Made by a program: the position numbers and the translations under genes | Origin: Planctomycetota bacterium | GTDB taxonomy: Bacteria; Planctomycetota; Brocadiia; JAADGH01 | Length of the DNA stretch: 64,000 nucleotides | Assembly (NCBI GenBank): GCA_040755855.1 | Contig: JBFMAD010000002.1 | Location: forward strand, 192,001 to 256,000 | Direction: 5' to 3' | In this document: piece by piece, positions 7,752 through 17,698 of the stretch | Layout: the number at the start of each line of letters is the position of its first letter | Numbering within the stretch: position 1 is the stretch's first letter | The notes under the pieces: model-generated | What the model was told of the DNA's origin: nothing | The model's input: the letters and a program-made list of their open reading frames with translations, nothing else | Databases searched by the model: none

Positions 7752-9179
7752 ATGAAGCGAATTGACCCGAACCGCCTGCTCATCGAAAAATCCGGCGGCA
7801 TGAAGGTGGACGCGCTGATCTTCGCCGACGAGCAGTTGGCGAACGAGATCGAGAGCGGGGCCATGGACCAGCTCCGCGACGCGGCGCATCTGCCCGGCGT
7901 GTTCCGCGCCATCGGCACGCCGGACATGCACTTCGGGTACGGCGTGCCCATCGGGGTCGTTGTGGCGCTGGAGGACCACATCGTCCCGGCGGCGGTGGGT
8001 TACGACATCAACTGCGGGATGCGCGTCATCACGACGCCCCTGAACGCGGCGGACGTGAACATTGACGAGCTGGCCGGGTCCATCGCCCGCGATATCCCTC
8101 TCGGCGAAGGGAAGACAAACGTCGGCCTGCCGCGCCACAAGTTCGAGGTCATCCTGAACAAGGGCGTCAAGGGCTTGGCCGAGATCGCCGGGGGCGAGGC
8201 GGGCCGCGTGTGGGAGGCGCGCGATCCCGCGCGGGAGAAGGAGGACATCGAATGCATCGAGGAGCATGGGTCCATGGCGGGGGACTGCCGGGCCGTGTCC
8301 GACTTCGCCACGAACCGGGGCATCCGGCAGTTGGCGACCCTCGGCGGGGGCAACCACTTTCTCGAGCTTCAGATCGTTGAGGAGGTGCGCAACACGGAGA
8401 TTGCGACGGCCTTCGGCCTGCGCGAGAAGCAGTTGGTGGTCATGCTGCATTCGGGGTCCCGAGGGCTGGGGCATCAGGTCTGCGACGAGTACTCGAAGCG
8501 GGCGAAGAAAATCAGCGGGGACCGGGCGCCGAGCCGAGACCTCTGCTTCCTTTCCGTGCACGACAAGGCGGGCCAGGATTACATCAGCGCCATGAACGCG
8601 GCGGCGAATTTCGCATTTGTGAATCGCCAGTTGATGACGGAGCTGATCCGAAAGAACCTGCGGCATCACTGCGGCGACATCCCGCTGCCGATCATCTATG
8701 ACGTGCCCCACAACATGGCGAAGCGGGAGACTATCGAGGGGCGGTCGCTGTGGGTGCATCGCAAGGGGGCGACGCGCGCCTTCCCGCCGAGCAAGATGCA
8801 GGGCACGCGGTTCGAGAAGACCGGCCAGCCGGTCCTGATCCCCGGCTCGATGGGCACGCCGAGTTATGTCTTAGTGGGCAGGGAGGAATCGGCCGAGAGC
8901 CTCTACAGCGTGAACCACGGGGCGGGGCGGTGCATGTCGCGCACGGCGGCGCTGGGGAAGGTGCGGAAGGGGAAGGTGCTCAAGCCGGGCCGGATCAGCG
9001 ACGAGGACTTCAAAAAGAGCATGGAGGGGATCAAGCTAATCTGCGCCGACCGGCATATGATCAAGGAGGAGGCCCCCCAGGCCTACAAGGACATTGACCA
9101 CGTGGTCCGCATCGTCGTTGACGCCGGCCTGGCGGAGGTGGTGGCGAAGCTGCGGCCGCTGGCGGTGCTGAAGGGGTGA
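7752..9179 (+). CDS. rtcB: RtcB family RNA ligase
   Basis: PDMHFGYG, VGYDINCG, GGGNHF, HSGSRG, YDVPHN, HRKGA, PGSMG, HGAGR, EEAPQAYK. Confidence 0.97.
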   Translation: MKRIDPNRLLIEKSGGMKVDALIFADEQLANEIESGAMDQLRDAAHLPGVFRAIGTPDMHFGYGVPIGVVVALEDHIVPAAVGYDINCGMRVITTPLNAADVNIDELAGSIARDIPLGEGKTNVGLPRHKFEVILNKGVKGLAEIAGGEAGRVWEARDPAREKEDIECIEEHGSMAGDCRAVSDFATNRGIRQLATLGGGNHFLELQIVEEVRNTEIATAFGLREKQLVVMLHSGSRGLGHQVCDEYSKRAKKISGDRAPSRDLCFLSVHDKAGQDYISAMNAAANFAFVNRQLMTELIRKNLRHHCGDIPLPIIYDVPHNMAKRETIEGRSLWVHRKGATRAFPPSKMQGTRFEKTGQPVLIPGSMGTPSYVLVGREESAESLYSVNHGAGRCMSRTAALGKVRKGKVLKPGRISDEDFKKSMEGIKLICADRHMIKEEAPQAYKDIDHVVRIVVDAGLAEVVAKLRPLAVLKG

Positions 9180-9265
9180 CAGAACATCCTCAATGTTTGC
9201 TTCGCTTGTCGCCTTTTAATATACATAGCCGGCCCCTGAGCCCGTTGCCGGTCATCGGTCGGAGG

Positions 9266-9973
9266 TCAGCGCTCCCTTTCCTCGTCGGGCGGGGCGAAGC
9301 CGCCGCGACGGGGCAGGTCGGTCGGCAGGCGCTGCAGAAGCTCCAGCATGAACTTGACCAGGTTGCCCAGGTCGTCGGGTTTCAGGCGGCGATCCTTGTG
9401 CGCCATCACGCTGTTGCCGGCGAACTCGACCTTGAACCCCGTCTCCTGCGAGTGGAGAAGGAAGTCGGTCAGGCGGTTGTGGAGCAGTTGCCGGGCGAAG
9501 GCGGGGTCCTGTGCGTCAATGCGGAAGGCCGCGTCGAACGTCGGGTTGCCGATCTCCGTGTCGGCGAAGCCGACCATCCCCGCCAGGCGGTCGAAGAAGC
9601 CCTCGGACCGGATGCCGACGTAGGGGAAGTCATAGTCCGTGTCGGCGAGGACGATGCTTAGGCTGTGGGTTGTGCTGCTCTTGCCCCCGCCGGTGGTGTA
9701 CTTGTAATCGAAGATTTTTAGCGCCACGCCGCCCAGTTTGCCGTGCATCACGTTCTTTGCCTGTCGGCTGCGGCCGGTGTTGAGGCGTTGGAACGCGGCG
9801 TAACTGACCGGGATATTGAAGACATCCTTAGGGTAGAATTCCAGCCCCATCTGCGCGGCGATCTCGTTCAGGCGCTCGCGGCGCTTCTTCTCGTAGAGGA
9901 TGCACCCCACGCCGATCAGCACAATGATCGCAACCACACCACCGATGAAGAGGAAGGGAATCCATTCAGTCAC
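9266..9973 (-). CDS. Hypothetical membrane-anchored protein
   Basis: N-terminal TM, FDYKYTTGGGKSSTT motif; GTG start just after the upstream stop. Confidence 0.75.
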   Translation of the reverse strand: MTEWIPFLFIGGVVAIIVLIGVGCILYEKKRRERLNEIAAQMGLEFYPKDVFNIPVSYAAFQRLNTGRSRQAKNVMHGKLGGVALKIFDYKYTTGGGKSSTTHSLSIVLADTDYDFPYVGIRSEGFFDRLAGMVGFADTEIGNPTFDAAFRIDAQDPAFARQLLHNRLTDFLLHSQETGFKVEFAGNSVMAHKDRRLKPDDLGNLVKFMLELLQRLPTDLPRRGGFAPPDEERER

Positions 9974-9976
9974 GGG

Positions 9977-12280
9977 TCACTCCTTTTCGTAAATTCGTAC
10001 TTCGTGGATACGCGCGGTCCAGTTGCCTTCGCCCCAAATCCGTTTCACGCTGATCCGCACTTGGCCTGCGCGGACGGGAGCGAATTGGTGAACACGAAAT
10101 CGGTTGTAGTTGTCCCGGGCGGAGATGAGGGTCCGCCATGCCTCGTTATCGTGGACATAGATGTCATAGTCGCGCACCAACATCTCCGACACGCGCTTGT
10201 CGCAGTTGGCGGGCATCTGGGTATAGTCCTCATACATCGCGTCGAAGGCGATCTGCACGCGGGCGATCTCCTTCGCCGAGCCGAGGTCGAGGGTGATGCT
10301 CTGCGGCATCGGCTCGCCGCGCCTGCTGATCCACATGTTCACCGGCGCCGCGCCGATGCGGCGATTGAGGCCATTGATCACATTCGCCGCCTCGCCAAAG
10401 GGGGGACGCGGCTCGATCCGGAACAGGTGGCTATCCTCGTGGAGCGCGATCTTCGAACCGTCGGCGGATTCGCACCGGAACTGGATCTCGCTCCGGGCCG
10501 CATCGCGGCCCCATGATACGCCCTCGGTCGCCGCGACCGACAGCAGCAACTTTGGCTCGACGGCGTTGCGATTGCGCTCCGGCAGGGCGACCGAGTCGAA
10601 GGCGAAGTCCACCCACCCCTCGAACCCAGCGGGGACCTTCGACCGCGATTTCGCAATCGCGGAAAATTGATCCGTGGCGTACGATCCCCGCAGCGTCGTC
10701 AGCCGTTGGCGCGTGCGGATGTGTTTCGCAGGCTCATCCTTCGGACCGTAGGTCTCCTCCCGGTCGTCGCGCGAGACGGTCAGCTCGACCATCCGCGCCG
10801 CGTTGCCGTCGTTCTTTAAATACAGCGATACCTTGTTCAACGTCTTCGGCCAATCCAAGAGCATGATCCCGCGCATCGGCGCGTCGAGTGGGAGGAAGTC
10901 GGTCGCGTCCGCGCACTCGAAGCGCTCCTCGCTCGTGGCGGCCGCCGTCGCGGCGCGGGCGAGGTCGTTTGGATCGCTGTTCTGCAGATAGGGGACCGTC
11001 CCGTCGCGTTTGAGCAATTCCTGTTGCAGGTCTGAAGCATGTTTCCGGTAGAGATCGCGCGGCGTGCAGCCGAGGCGCTTGCACATCCCGGCGGCGAGGC
11101 CGACCGCCTGGCCGATGGCCCCGCCGGTCTTCATCAGGCGCGTCGTGCCGAGGGCGAGGCGGGTGACGCTGATGAGGCGGCCCGCGAGAAAAATGTTGTC
11201 AAAATCCTTCGAGTAGAGCGAGCGGTATGGGATGTTGTAGAGCGGCGGGATGGAGTAGAAGACCACCTTGCTCCGTCCGTCGGGCTGCGGTTCGTGCACG
11301 TCCACCGCGTAGCCGCCGTAGGCCACGCTGTCGGGGAATTCGGTCGGCGTCTCGACGTCGGTCTGCGTGAGGACATAGTCCCCGATGAAGCGGCGGCTCT
11401 CGCGCTTGCCGGCCTTGGGGCTGACCCAGATCAGCTCCCAGTTCTTCGCCTCCTCGACGCTCGAGACGTTCTTGACGTGGTTCCAGAAGCCGTAGATTTG
11501 CTTGAGCAGCCCCTCATAGATTTTGTCGTCGGCCTCGATGCTCGGCAGTTCCTTCTGCCCGCCGTGCTCCGTGGGCCACATGAAGTTGAGGTTGTCCTCC
11601 GGATGCCACAGCCTGCCGGGGATGTCCGGGCAGCCGGACGGCGGGATGAAGGGCACGGGCCGCGGCGTCTTCACCGCGATGCACGTCATGCTTGTTCCCA
11701 TGGTCAGGCTGTCGGCCTCTCCCGGTGCGCTGCGCTCGTTGAACTGCGCCTTCGCGTCACGTCCCATCATGAACGACGCCCCCGCATCGGAGGCCACATG
11801 CCCGTCGCCCGACGCCTCGATGAGAAAGTGGGAGATGTTGATCCGCTTCGTCTTGAAGCGCGCGAGGTCCTCGACGATCACGCCGACGACGCGCCGCCCC
11901 TCTACGATGGCCCGTTTGCCGAGGTGGCGCTTGAGGACGGTCACTCCCGCCTCCTCCATCTTCTCCTGGAGGATCGTCTCCCACATGCGGCAGGTGTTGT
12001 AGTGGAAGCCGCGGGTGTGCATTTTCGCCGCGCGCCAGGCCGTCTCCTCCTCCAGTTCGCCGATGATGCCCGTCTCGGAGGCGTAGGGGTGGAAGCAGTC
12101 GGCGCCGGAGACGTGTACGCCGAGGTTCGGGCCGGAATTGCCGCCGAGGGCGTCGTCCTTCTCGATAAGGACCGTCATGCACCCCTCGCGGGCGGCCTGG
12201 ATGGCGGCGCAGACCCCGGCCGTGCCGGAGCCGATGACCAGGACCTCGGTATCCAACGTCTCGTCAATGCGATAGTCCAC
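9977..12280 (-). CDS. FAD-dependent oxidoreductase with C-terminal beta-sandwich (discoidin-like) region
   Basis: VLVIGSGTAGVCAAIQAAR, LGGN, EASGDG, KRESRRFIGDY, IPYRSLY, AGR. Confidence 0.88.
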   Translation of the reverse strand: MDYRIDETLDTEVLVIGSGTAGVCAAIQAAREGCMTVLIEKDDALGGNSGPNLGVHVSGADCFHPYASETGIIGELEEETAWRAAKMHTRGFHYNTCRMWETILQEKMEEAGVTVLKRHLGKRAIVEGRRVVGVIVEDLARFKTKRINISHFLIEASGDGHVASDAGASFMMGRDAKAQFNERSAPGEADSLTMGTSMTCIAVKTPRPVPFIPPSGCPDIPGRLWHPEDNLNFMWPTEHGGQKELPSIEADDKIYEGLLKQIYGFWNHVKNVSSVEEAKNWELIWVSPKAGKRESRRFIGDYVLTQTDVETPTEFPDSVAYGGYAVDVHEPQPDGRSKVVFYSIPPLYNIPYRSLYSKDFDNIFLAGRLISVTRLALGTTRLMKTGGAIGQAVGLAAGMCKRLGCTPRDLYRKHASDLQQELLKRDGTVPYLQNSDPNDLARAATAAATSEERFECADATDFLPLDAPMRGIMLLDWPKTLNKVSLYLKNDGNAARMVELTVSRDDREETYGPKDEPAKHIRTRQRLTTLRGSYATDQFSAIAKSRSKVPAGFEGWVDFAFDSVALPERNRNAVEPKLLLSVAATEGVSWGRDAARSEIQFRCESADGSKIALHEDSHLFRIEPRPPFGEAANVINGLNRRIGAAPVNMWISRRGEPMPQSITLDLGSAKEIARVQIAFDAMYEDYTQMPANCDKRVSEMLVRDYDIYVHDNEAWRTLISARDNYNRFRVHQFAPVRAGQVRISVKRIWGEGNWTARIHEVRIYEKE

Positions 12281-12378
12281 TCTGCAATCCTTCGTGCGGA
12301 ATCATTTGCCTAACATGGCAGGAGATTGTAGAATCGGCGGAGAGCGGGGGCAAGGGGAAAATACGCCTGCGCGCGGTA

Positions 12379-12407
12379 TTGACTTCCCTTTCCCTCGTTG
12401 CTATCCT
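12379..12407 (+). promoter_or_regulatory. sigma70-type promoter
   Basis: TTGACT-17 nt-TATCCT. Confidence 0.55.
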
Positions 12408-12441
12408 ACAGCGAAACATTTGTGACAACGAGGAGAAAGCC

Positions 12442-13290
12442 ATGAAGCTGTCCGTTATGTTGTTCCCGTTCCACAAGCAACTCACCGATGGGACGCTGAA
12501 GCCCAAGGCAGCGGTTGAGGGCTTTAAGTCCGCGGGCATTCGAGCCATCGAACCGATGATGAGCTGGGTGGAGGCCGAGCCGCAGAAGTGGGAGACGTTT
12601 TTCAAGACGGCGAGCGACGCCGGGATGGTCTGGTCGTGCTATGACATCGGCGTGAACCTGATCGGCGAGAACGAGGTGGACCGCACGGAGGCGCTGGTGA
12701 AGGTGGACCGGGGCGTAGAGTTCTGCAAGGAAAAACTGCGCTGCTCCGTCGTCCTCCTCGCCGGCACGAAACCCGCGGCCAACATGACGGAGGAGGACGG
12801 ACGGAAGCTCTACGGCGCACAGTTGGCCAAGGCCCACGAGCGCACAAAGGGCTCGGGCGTCACGATCACCATCGAGGACTTCGGCGTCTATCCCCCCTTC
12901 ACCGCGGGCGGGCAGCACTGCTTAGAAGTGCTTGAGGCGTGCAACTGCCCGGCTATCAAATTCACCTTCGACAACGGCAACTTCCTCTTCGCCGCCGACA
13001 CGCCGACGGCGGTTTACGATCTCTTCAAGGGCCGCATCGCCCACGTCCACATCAAGGACTTCGCCCTTCGCGCTCCGGACGACCAGCCGCGTCTGACGTC
13101 CCTTTCCGGCAAGCAGTACAAGGGGTGCTACATCGGCGAGGGCGAGGCGGAGGTCGCCGAGACGCTTCGGCTCCTCAAGGCCGACGCCTATCCCGGCTGG
13201 ATCTCCCTCGAGGTGGGCGGCAGCCGCGACCCGTTGGACGACGCCCTGCGCGGGGCGAAGGTGGTCAAGCAGGCGTGGGGGAAGGGTTAG
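12442..13290 (+). CDS. Sugar phosphate isomerase/epimerase
   Basis: ITIEDF, FDNGNF, HVHIKD, ISLE; GAGGAG RBS. Confidence 0.88.
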   Translation: MKLSVMLFPFHKQLTDGTLKPKAAVEGFKSAGIRAIEPMMSWVEAEPQKWETFFKTASDAGMVWSCYDIGVNLIGENEVDRTEALVKVDRGVEFCKEKLRCSVVLLAGTKPAANMTEEDGRKLYGAQLAKAHERTKGSGVTITIEDFGVYPPFTAGGQHCLEVLEACNCPAIKFTFDNGNFLFAADTPTAVYDLFKGRIAHVHIKDFALRAPDDQPRLTSLSGKQYKGCYIGEGEAEVAETLRLLKADAYPGWISLEVGGSRDPLDDALRGAKVVKQAWGKG

Positions 13291-13391
13291 GCTGCCTGCC
13301 TCGCTTCCTTCCTCGATTCTATGCCGTGTCCAAGGAGCAGCGTTCGAACTCCGACACACGCGTAGAACAACATGATCATACGACATTTCCC

Positions 13392-13420
13392 TTGCCCGCG
13401 CGAGGACGTCGCGCTATAAT
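13392..13420 (+). promoter_or_regulatory. sigma70-type promoter of the purC operon
   Basis: TTGCCC-17 nt-TATAAT. Confidence 0.55.
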
Positions 13421-13477
13421 CTGCGCTAACCTGGGACCGCTCATGTCCTTGTTTCTGCGTGACGGAGAGCATCGCCA

Positions 13478-14374
13478 ATGGCCCACAGCATTGTCATCGA
13501 AACGAACCTGAAGGGATTGAGGTTGTTCAACCGGGGGAAGGTGCGCGATATCTATGACCTCGGCGACAGACTGCTCATCGTGGCGACCGACCGCATCTCG
13601 GCGTTCGACTCGATCCTCGGCAGCGGCATCCCCCTGAAGGGCAAGGTGCTCACGCAGATGTCCCTCTTCTGGTTCGACTTTCTGAGGGACATCACCGACA
13701 GCCACCTCGTCACGGGCGACGTGACCGAGATGCCGGCCGCAGTCCGCAAGCACGCGGACATTCTTCGCGGCCGCTCGATGCTCGTGCACAAGACGGAGGT
13801 CCTCCCCGTCGAGTGCGTCGTGCGCGGCTACCTGGCCGGGTCGGGGTGGAAGGACTACCAGGCCACCGGGTCCGTCTGCGGCATCAAACTGCCGAGGGGG
13901 CTGGTCGAGGCCGACAAACTGCCCGCGCCGATTTTTACACCCGCGACGAAGGCCGAGTCGGGACATGACATCAACATCTCCCATGAAGAGATGGCAAAAC
14001 AAATCGGGCAGAAAAATGCCGACACGCTTCGGGAGCGAACACTGGACATCTACACCACGGCCAGCGCCTATGCCCGGAGCAAGGGCATCATCATCGCGGA
14101 CACAAAATTCGAATGGGGCCTGCACAACGGCAATCCCATCCTGATTGACGAGGTCCTGACGCCGGATTCCTCGCGCTTCTGGCCGGTGGACAAGTATCGG
14201 CCCGGCGGGGCGCAGCCGTCCTTCGACAAGCAGCCCGTGCGGGATTACTTGGAGGCGTCGGGCTGGAACAAGGAGCCGCCCGCGCCGGCCCTCCCGGATG
14301 ATGTGGTCAAGGAGACGACGGAGCGGTACCTCGAGGCGTATCGGCGGTTGACGGGGAGGGAACTGAGGGCGTAG
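13478..14374 (+). CDS. purC: SAICAR synthetase
   Basis: [53 protein letters not shown]. Confidence 0.97.
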   Translation: MAHSIVIETNLKGLRLFNRGKVRDIYDLGDRLLIVATDRISAFDSILGSGIPLKGKVLTQMSLFWFDFLRDITDSHLVTGDVTEMPAAVRKHADILRGRSMLVHKTEVLPVECVVRGYLAGSGWKDYQATGSVCGIKLPRGLVEADKLPAPIFTPATKAESGHDINISHEEMAKQIGQKNADTLRERTLDIYTTASAYARSKGIIIADTKFEWGLHNGNPILIDEVLTPDSSRFWPVDKYRPGGAQPSFDKQPVRDYLEASGWNKEPPAPALPDDVVKETTERYLEAYRRLTGRELRA

Positions 14375-14397
14375 GGGTTATCTTCGCGTGACCATCC

Positions 14398-15111
14398 ATG
14401 ACCATTCGGGAATACTTCCAGCGCTCCAAGAGCTACGCCGAGAGCATCCTCTTCATCCTGCCGCTCCTGGTTCTCTACGAGGTCGGCATCGCCCTGTCGG
14501 GGACGGGGGTGGAGAACGCGGCGGGCGCGATCATGAAGACGCCGATGCACCTCTTCGGCAAGAACGCGACGTTGGTGTTCAACGTGGTCGTGGCGCTGGT
14601 GTTCGTGGTGGCGCTGTTTGGGGCGTGCTCGGGGCGGAAGCTGGAGTTTCGGATCTTCGTCCCGATGTTTTTGGAGAGCCTGCTTTACGCGCTGTTGCTC
14701 CACCCTATGGTCGGCTTCATCATTGCGAAGGTTGTCCCCTTCGCCCTTGCGTCGGGGATGGAGGAGGCGCGCGTGTTCTTTGTCAAGATCGTCCTCGCCA
14801 TCGGCGCGGGGGTGTATGAGGAGATCGTGTATCGCTTGCTGCTCCTCTCGCTGTTGTTCTACGTGTTCAGAAAATCGTTCGAGATTCGGGAGAGCATCGC
14901 CGCAACGCTGACGATCCTGATCGCCTCGCTGATCTTCGCGGGGATGCACTATGTCGGCGGCTTCGGCGATTCGCTGATGGCGAGCAGCTTCGTCTTTCGG
15001 TTTCTCTGCGGACTCGCGCTTTCGAGCCTCTTCATTTTCCGGGGTCTGGGGATCGCGGTTTACACTCATGCGCTGTACGACTTCATCTATGTGATATGGC
15101 TGAGCGGATGA
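14398..15111 (+). CDS. CPBP (Abi/CAAX) family intramembrane metalloprotease
   Basis: Multi-TM; AGVYEEIVYR, FAGMHY, HALYD. Confidence 0.85.
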   Translation: MTIREYFQRSKSYAESILFILPLLVLYEVGIALSGTGVENAAGAIMKTPMHLFGKNATLVFNVVVALVFVVALFGACSGRKLEFRIFVPMFLESLLYALLLHPMVGFIIAKVVPFALASGMEEARVFFVKIVLAIGAGVYEEIVYRLLLLSLLFYVFRKSFEIRESIAATLTILIASLIFAGMHYVGGFGDSLMASSFVFRFLCGLALSSLFIFRGLGIAVYTHALYDFIYVIWLSG

Positions 15112-15692
15112 ACGAGATCATTGTCGCCATCACGGGGGCGAGCGGCGCGGCCTACGCCGTGCGCCTGCTCAACTTTCTTGCCGAGCGCGGCGTCCGCACG
15201 CATGTCGTCATCACCGAGGCGGGCGCGGTCGTCCTGGAGAAGGAGCTGGACGTTCGGCTCGACCTGCGCGCCCCGGACCTGAGCCGGTTGATCGAGAGGC
15301 CGACCAACGTGACCTACCACCACCACTCGGACATCGGGACCGGCATCGCCAGCGGGGCCTGCGCCGCCGAGGCGATGGTGATCGTTCCATGCAGCATGAA
15401 CACCCTGGGGGCCGTCGCCTCGGGCCTGGCGGGCAACCTGGTCGAGCGCGCCGCGGCGGTGATGATGAAGGAGGGCCGCCCCCTGATCCTCGTCCCCCGC
15501 GAGACGCCCCTGAGCGCCATCCATCTCCGGAACATGGCCCGCCTGGCGGAGGCGGCGGTCTGCGTCCTCCCGGCCATGCCGGGGTTCTATCATCGTCCGA
15601 AGGGCCTCGATGACATGATTGACTTCATCGTCGGGAAGATTTTGAATCGCCTCCGAATCGAAAACGATCTGGTGACCTACGATGCCGAGTGA
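15108..15692 (+). CDS. ubiX: Flavin prenyltransferase
   Basis: AITGASGA, IASG, PCSMNT, RAA, RETP, PAMPGFY. Confidence 0.95.
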   Translation: MNEIIVAITGASGAAYAVRLLNFLAERGVRTHVVITEAGAVVLEKELDVRLDLRAPDLSRLIERPTNVTYHHHSDIGTGIASGACAAEAMVIVPCSMNTLGAVASGLAGNLVERAAAVMMKEGRPLILVPRETPLSAIHLRNMARLAEAAVCVLPAMPGFYHRPKGLDDMIDFIVGKILNRLRIENDLVTYDAE

Positions 15693-17376
15693 ACGCTCCC
15701 AAACCATCTCGCCCCTGATGTTCCTCTACCTGGGGCTGATCGCCATCTTCTTCGCCGCGTTTCTCGTCTATCCGTTGCTCTATGTCTTTGCCCGCGCCTT
15801 CTGGTGGGACGGGAGGCTCGTTTTCCCGTTTGTGCACCTCTTTCGCAACGAGATCTACCGCGAGAGCCTCGGGAACAGCTTTATCCTCGCCGTCACGGTG
15901 ACGATCCTCGCGAGCGTCGTCGCCCTGCCGTTGTCATTCATTTTTGCGAAATATCGCTTTGCGGGCAAGGGGCTGCTGAGCGCCGCCCTGCTCGCGCCCA
16001 TGATCATGCCCCCCTTCGTCGGGGCCATCGGCGTCAGGCGCATCCTCAGCATGAGGGGCGGGGCGTTGAACTCGCTCCTGGTCATGGTCGGACTTGTGGA
16101 TCCCGAACACACGATCAACTGGCTCGGCAGCGGCTTTCTGGGCACGGTTGTCCTGGAGGTCCTCCACCTCTATCCGATCCTGTTCCTCAACGTCACCGCC
16201 GCCATGGCCAACATAGACCCCTCCCTCGAAGAGGCCGCCCGGAACATGGGGGACCACGGACTCCGCCTCTTCCGCAAGATCACGTTCCCGCTCCTCGCTC
16301 CGGGGTATTTCGCGGGCGCGGCGATCGTGTTCATCTGGTCGTTTACAGACCTCGGCACGCCGCTCATGTTCAACTACAACAAGGTGGCCGCCGTCCAAAT
16401 TTTCAACACGCGGATGGACGACAACCCCATCACCTACGTCCTCGTCGTCACCGTTCTGCTCATGACGGCGGCGCTCTTTCTCATCTCGCGCCTCCTCTTC
16501 ACGCGCAAAGAGACCCAGATGATGTCCAAGGGCACAGTCGGCGCCGTGGAGAAGGCCCCGAAGGCCGCGGGGCTGGCCGTCATCTACGCCCTCGTCCTCG
16601 TTGTCATCGGGCTGGCGTTGCTCCCCCACGCGAGCGTCATCCTCACCTCGGTTGCCGAGCGCTGGTCGGGCACGCCGCTGCCCACGGCGCTGACGGGCGC
16701 CTATTTCCGCGAGGTATTCACCGCCGACTACACGCTCCTGAGCATCCGAAACAGTTTCGTCTACAGCGTGGCCAGCACGTTAATCAACATCCTTATGGGG
16801 GTATCGGTGGCGTATGTGCTGGCGCGAAAGCGCTTCCTCGGCATGGTCCTCCTGGATGTCCTGTCCATGATGCCCCTGGCGATACCCGGCATTGTGCTGG
16901 CCTTCGGGTATCTCCGGGCGTTTTCGCAGACGGCCATTGACCCATGCTGGAACCCCACGGCCCTCCTCATCCTCAGCTACGCCGTCCGGCGGATGCCCTA
17001 CATGATCCGCGCCTCGATGGCGGGGTTTCAGCAGACCGACGTGGTGCTCGAGGAGGCGTCGCAAAACCTGGGCGCAAGCCCCCTGCGCACGGCGCTGCGG
17101 ATCACGCTCCCCCTCATCGCGGCCAACATCGTGGCCGGGGCGACGCTGTGCTTCTCCTTCGCCATGCTCGAGGTGAGCGACAGCCTGATCCTCGCCGACA
17201 CGAAGGCATATTTCCCGATTACGAAGATGATCTTTCACATGCAGGGCGATCTGGACCGGGGCGAGTTCAAGGCGTGCGCCTTCGGCGTCCTCGGCATGAT
17301 CCTTCTCGCCGCGACGCTCCTGTTCGCCGCGAAGATCCTCGGCAAGAAAATGGGCGCCATGTTCAGGATGGGATGA
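15682..17376 (+). CDS. ABC transporter permease (FbpB-like, two BPD_transp_1 domains)
   Basis: Two EAA loops (LEEAARNMG, LEEASQNLGA) and many TM helices. Confidence 0.9.
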   Translation: MPSERSQTISPLMFLYLGLIAIFFAAFLVYPLLYVFARAFWWDGRLVFPFVHLFRNEIYRESLGNSFILAVTVTILASVVALPLSFIFAKYRFAGKGLLSAALLAPMIMPPFVGAIGVRRILSMRGGALNSLLVMVGLVDPEHTINWLGSGFLGTVVLEVLHLYPILFLNVTAAMANIDPSLEEAARNMGDHGLRLFRKITFPLLAPGYFAGAAIVFIWSFTDLGTPLMFNYNKVAAVQIFNTRMDDNPITYVLVVTVLLMTAALFLISRLLFTRKETQMMSKGTVGAVEKAPKAAGLAVIYALVLVVIGLALLPHASVILTSVAERWSGTPLPTALTGAYFREVFTADYTLLSIRNSFVYSVASTLINILMGVSVAYVLARKRFLGMVLLDVLSMMPLAIPGIVLAFGYLRAFSQTAIDPCWNPTALLILSYAVRRMPYMIRASMAGFQQTDVVLEEASQNLGASPLRTALRITLPLIAANIVAGATLCFSFAMLEVSDSLILADTKAYFPITKMIFHMQGDLDRGEFKACAFGVLGMILLAATLLFAAKILGKKMGAMFRMG

Positions 17377-17379
17377 AGC

Positions 17380-17673
17380 ATGAAAATTTCCGAATTCCAG
17401 CGACTGATCGAAGAGACCTACTTCAAGCGCGATTCCGCCCGCGGCCTGGCGGGCACGTTCATGTGGTTCACCGAGGAGGTGGGCGAGCTGGCCACCGCCC
17501 TGCGCGAGGGGACGAAGGACGACCTGAAGGCGGAGTTCGCCGACGTTTTTGCATGGCTCTGCTCCCTCGCCAGCATTGTCGGGGTGGAGATGGAGGAGGT
17601 CGTGGTGAAATACACCTCCGGCTGCCCCGGCTGCGGCAAGATGCCGTGCCAGTGCGTGGACGAGAAAGGCTGA
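17380..17673 (+). CDS. MazG-like nucleotide pyrophosphohydrolase
   Basis: EEVGELA...EFADVFAW; C-terminal CPGC...CQC. Confidence 0.88.
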   Translation: MKISEFQRLIEETYFKRDSARGLAGTFMWFTEEVGELATALREGTKDDLKAEFADVFAWLCSLASIVGVEMEEVVVKYTSGCPGCGKMPCQCVDEKG

Positions 17674-17698
17674 ACTTAGACCGCCGCCTTCTCTCGCA

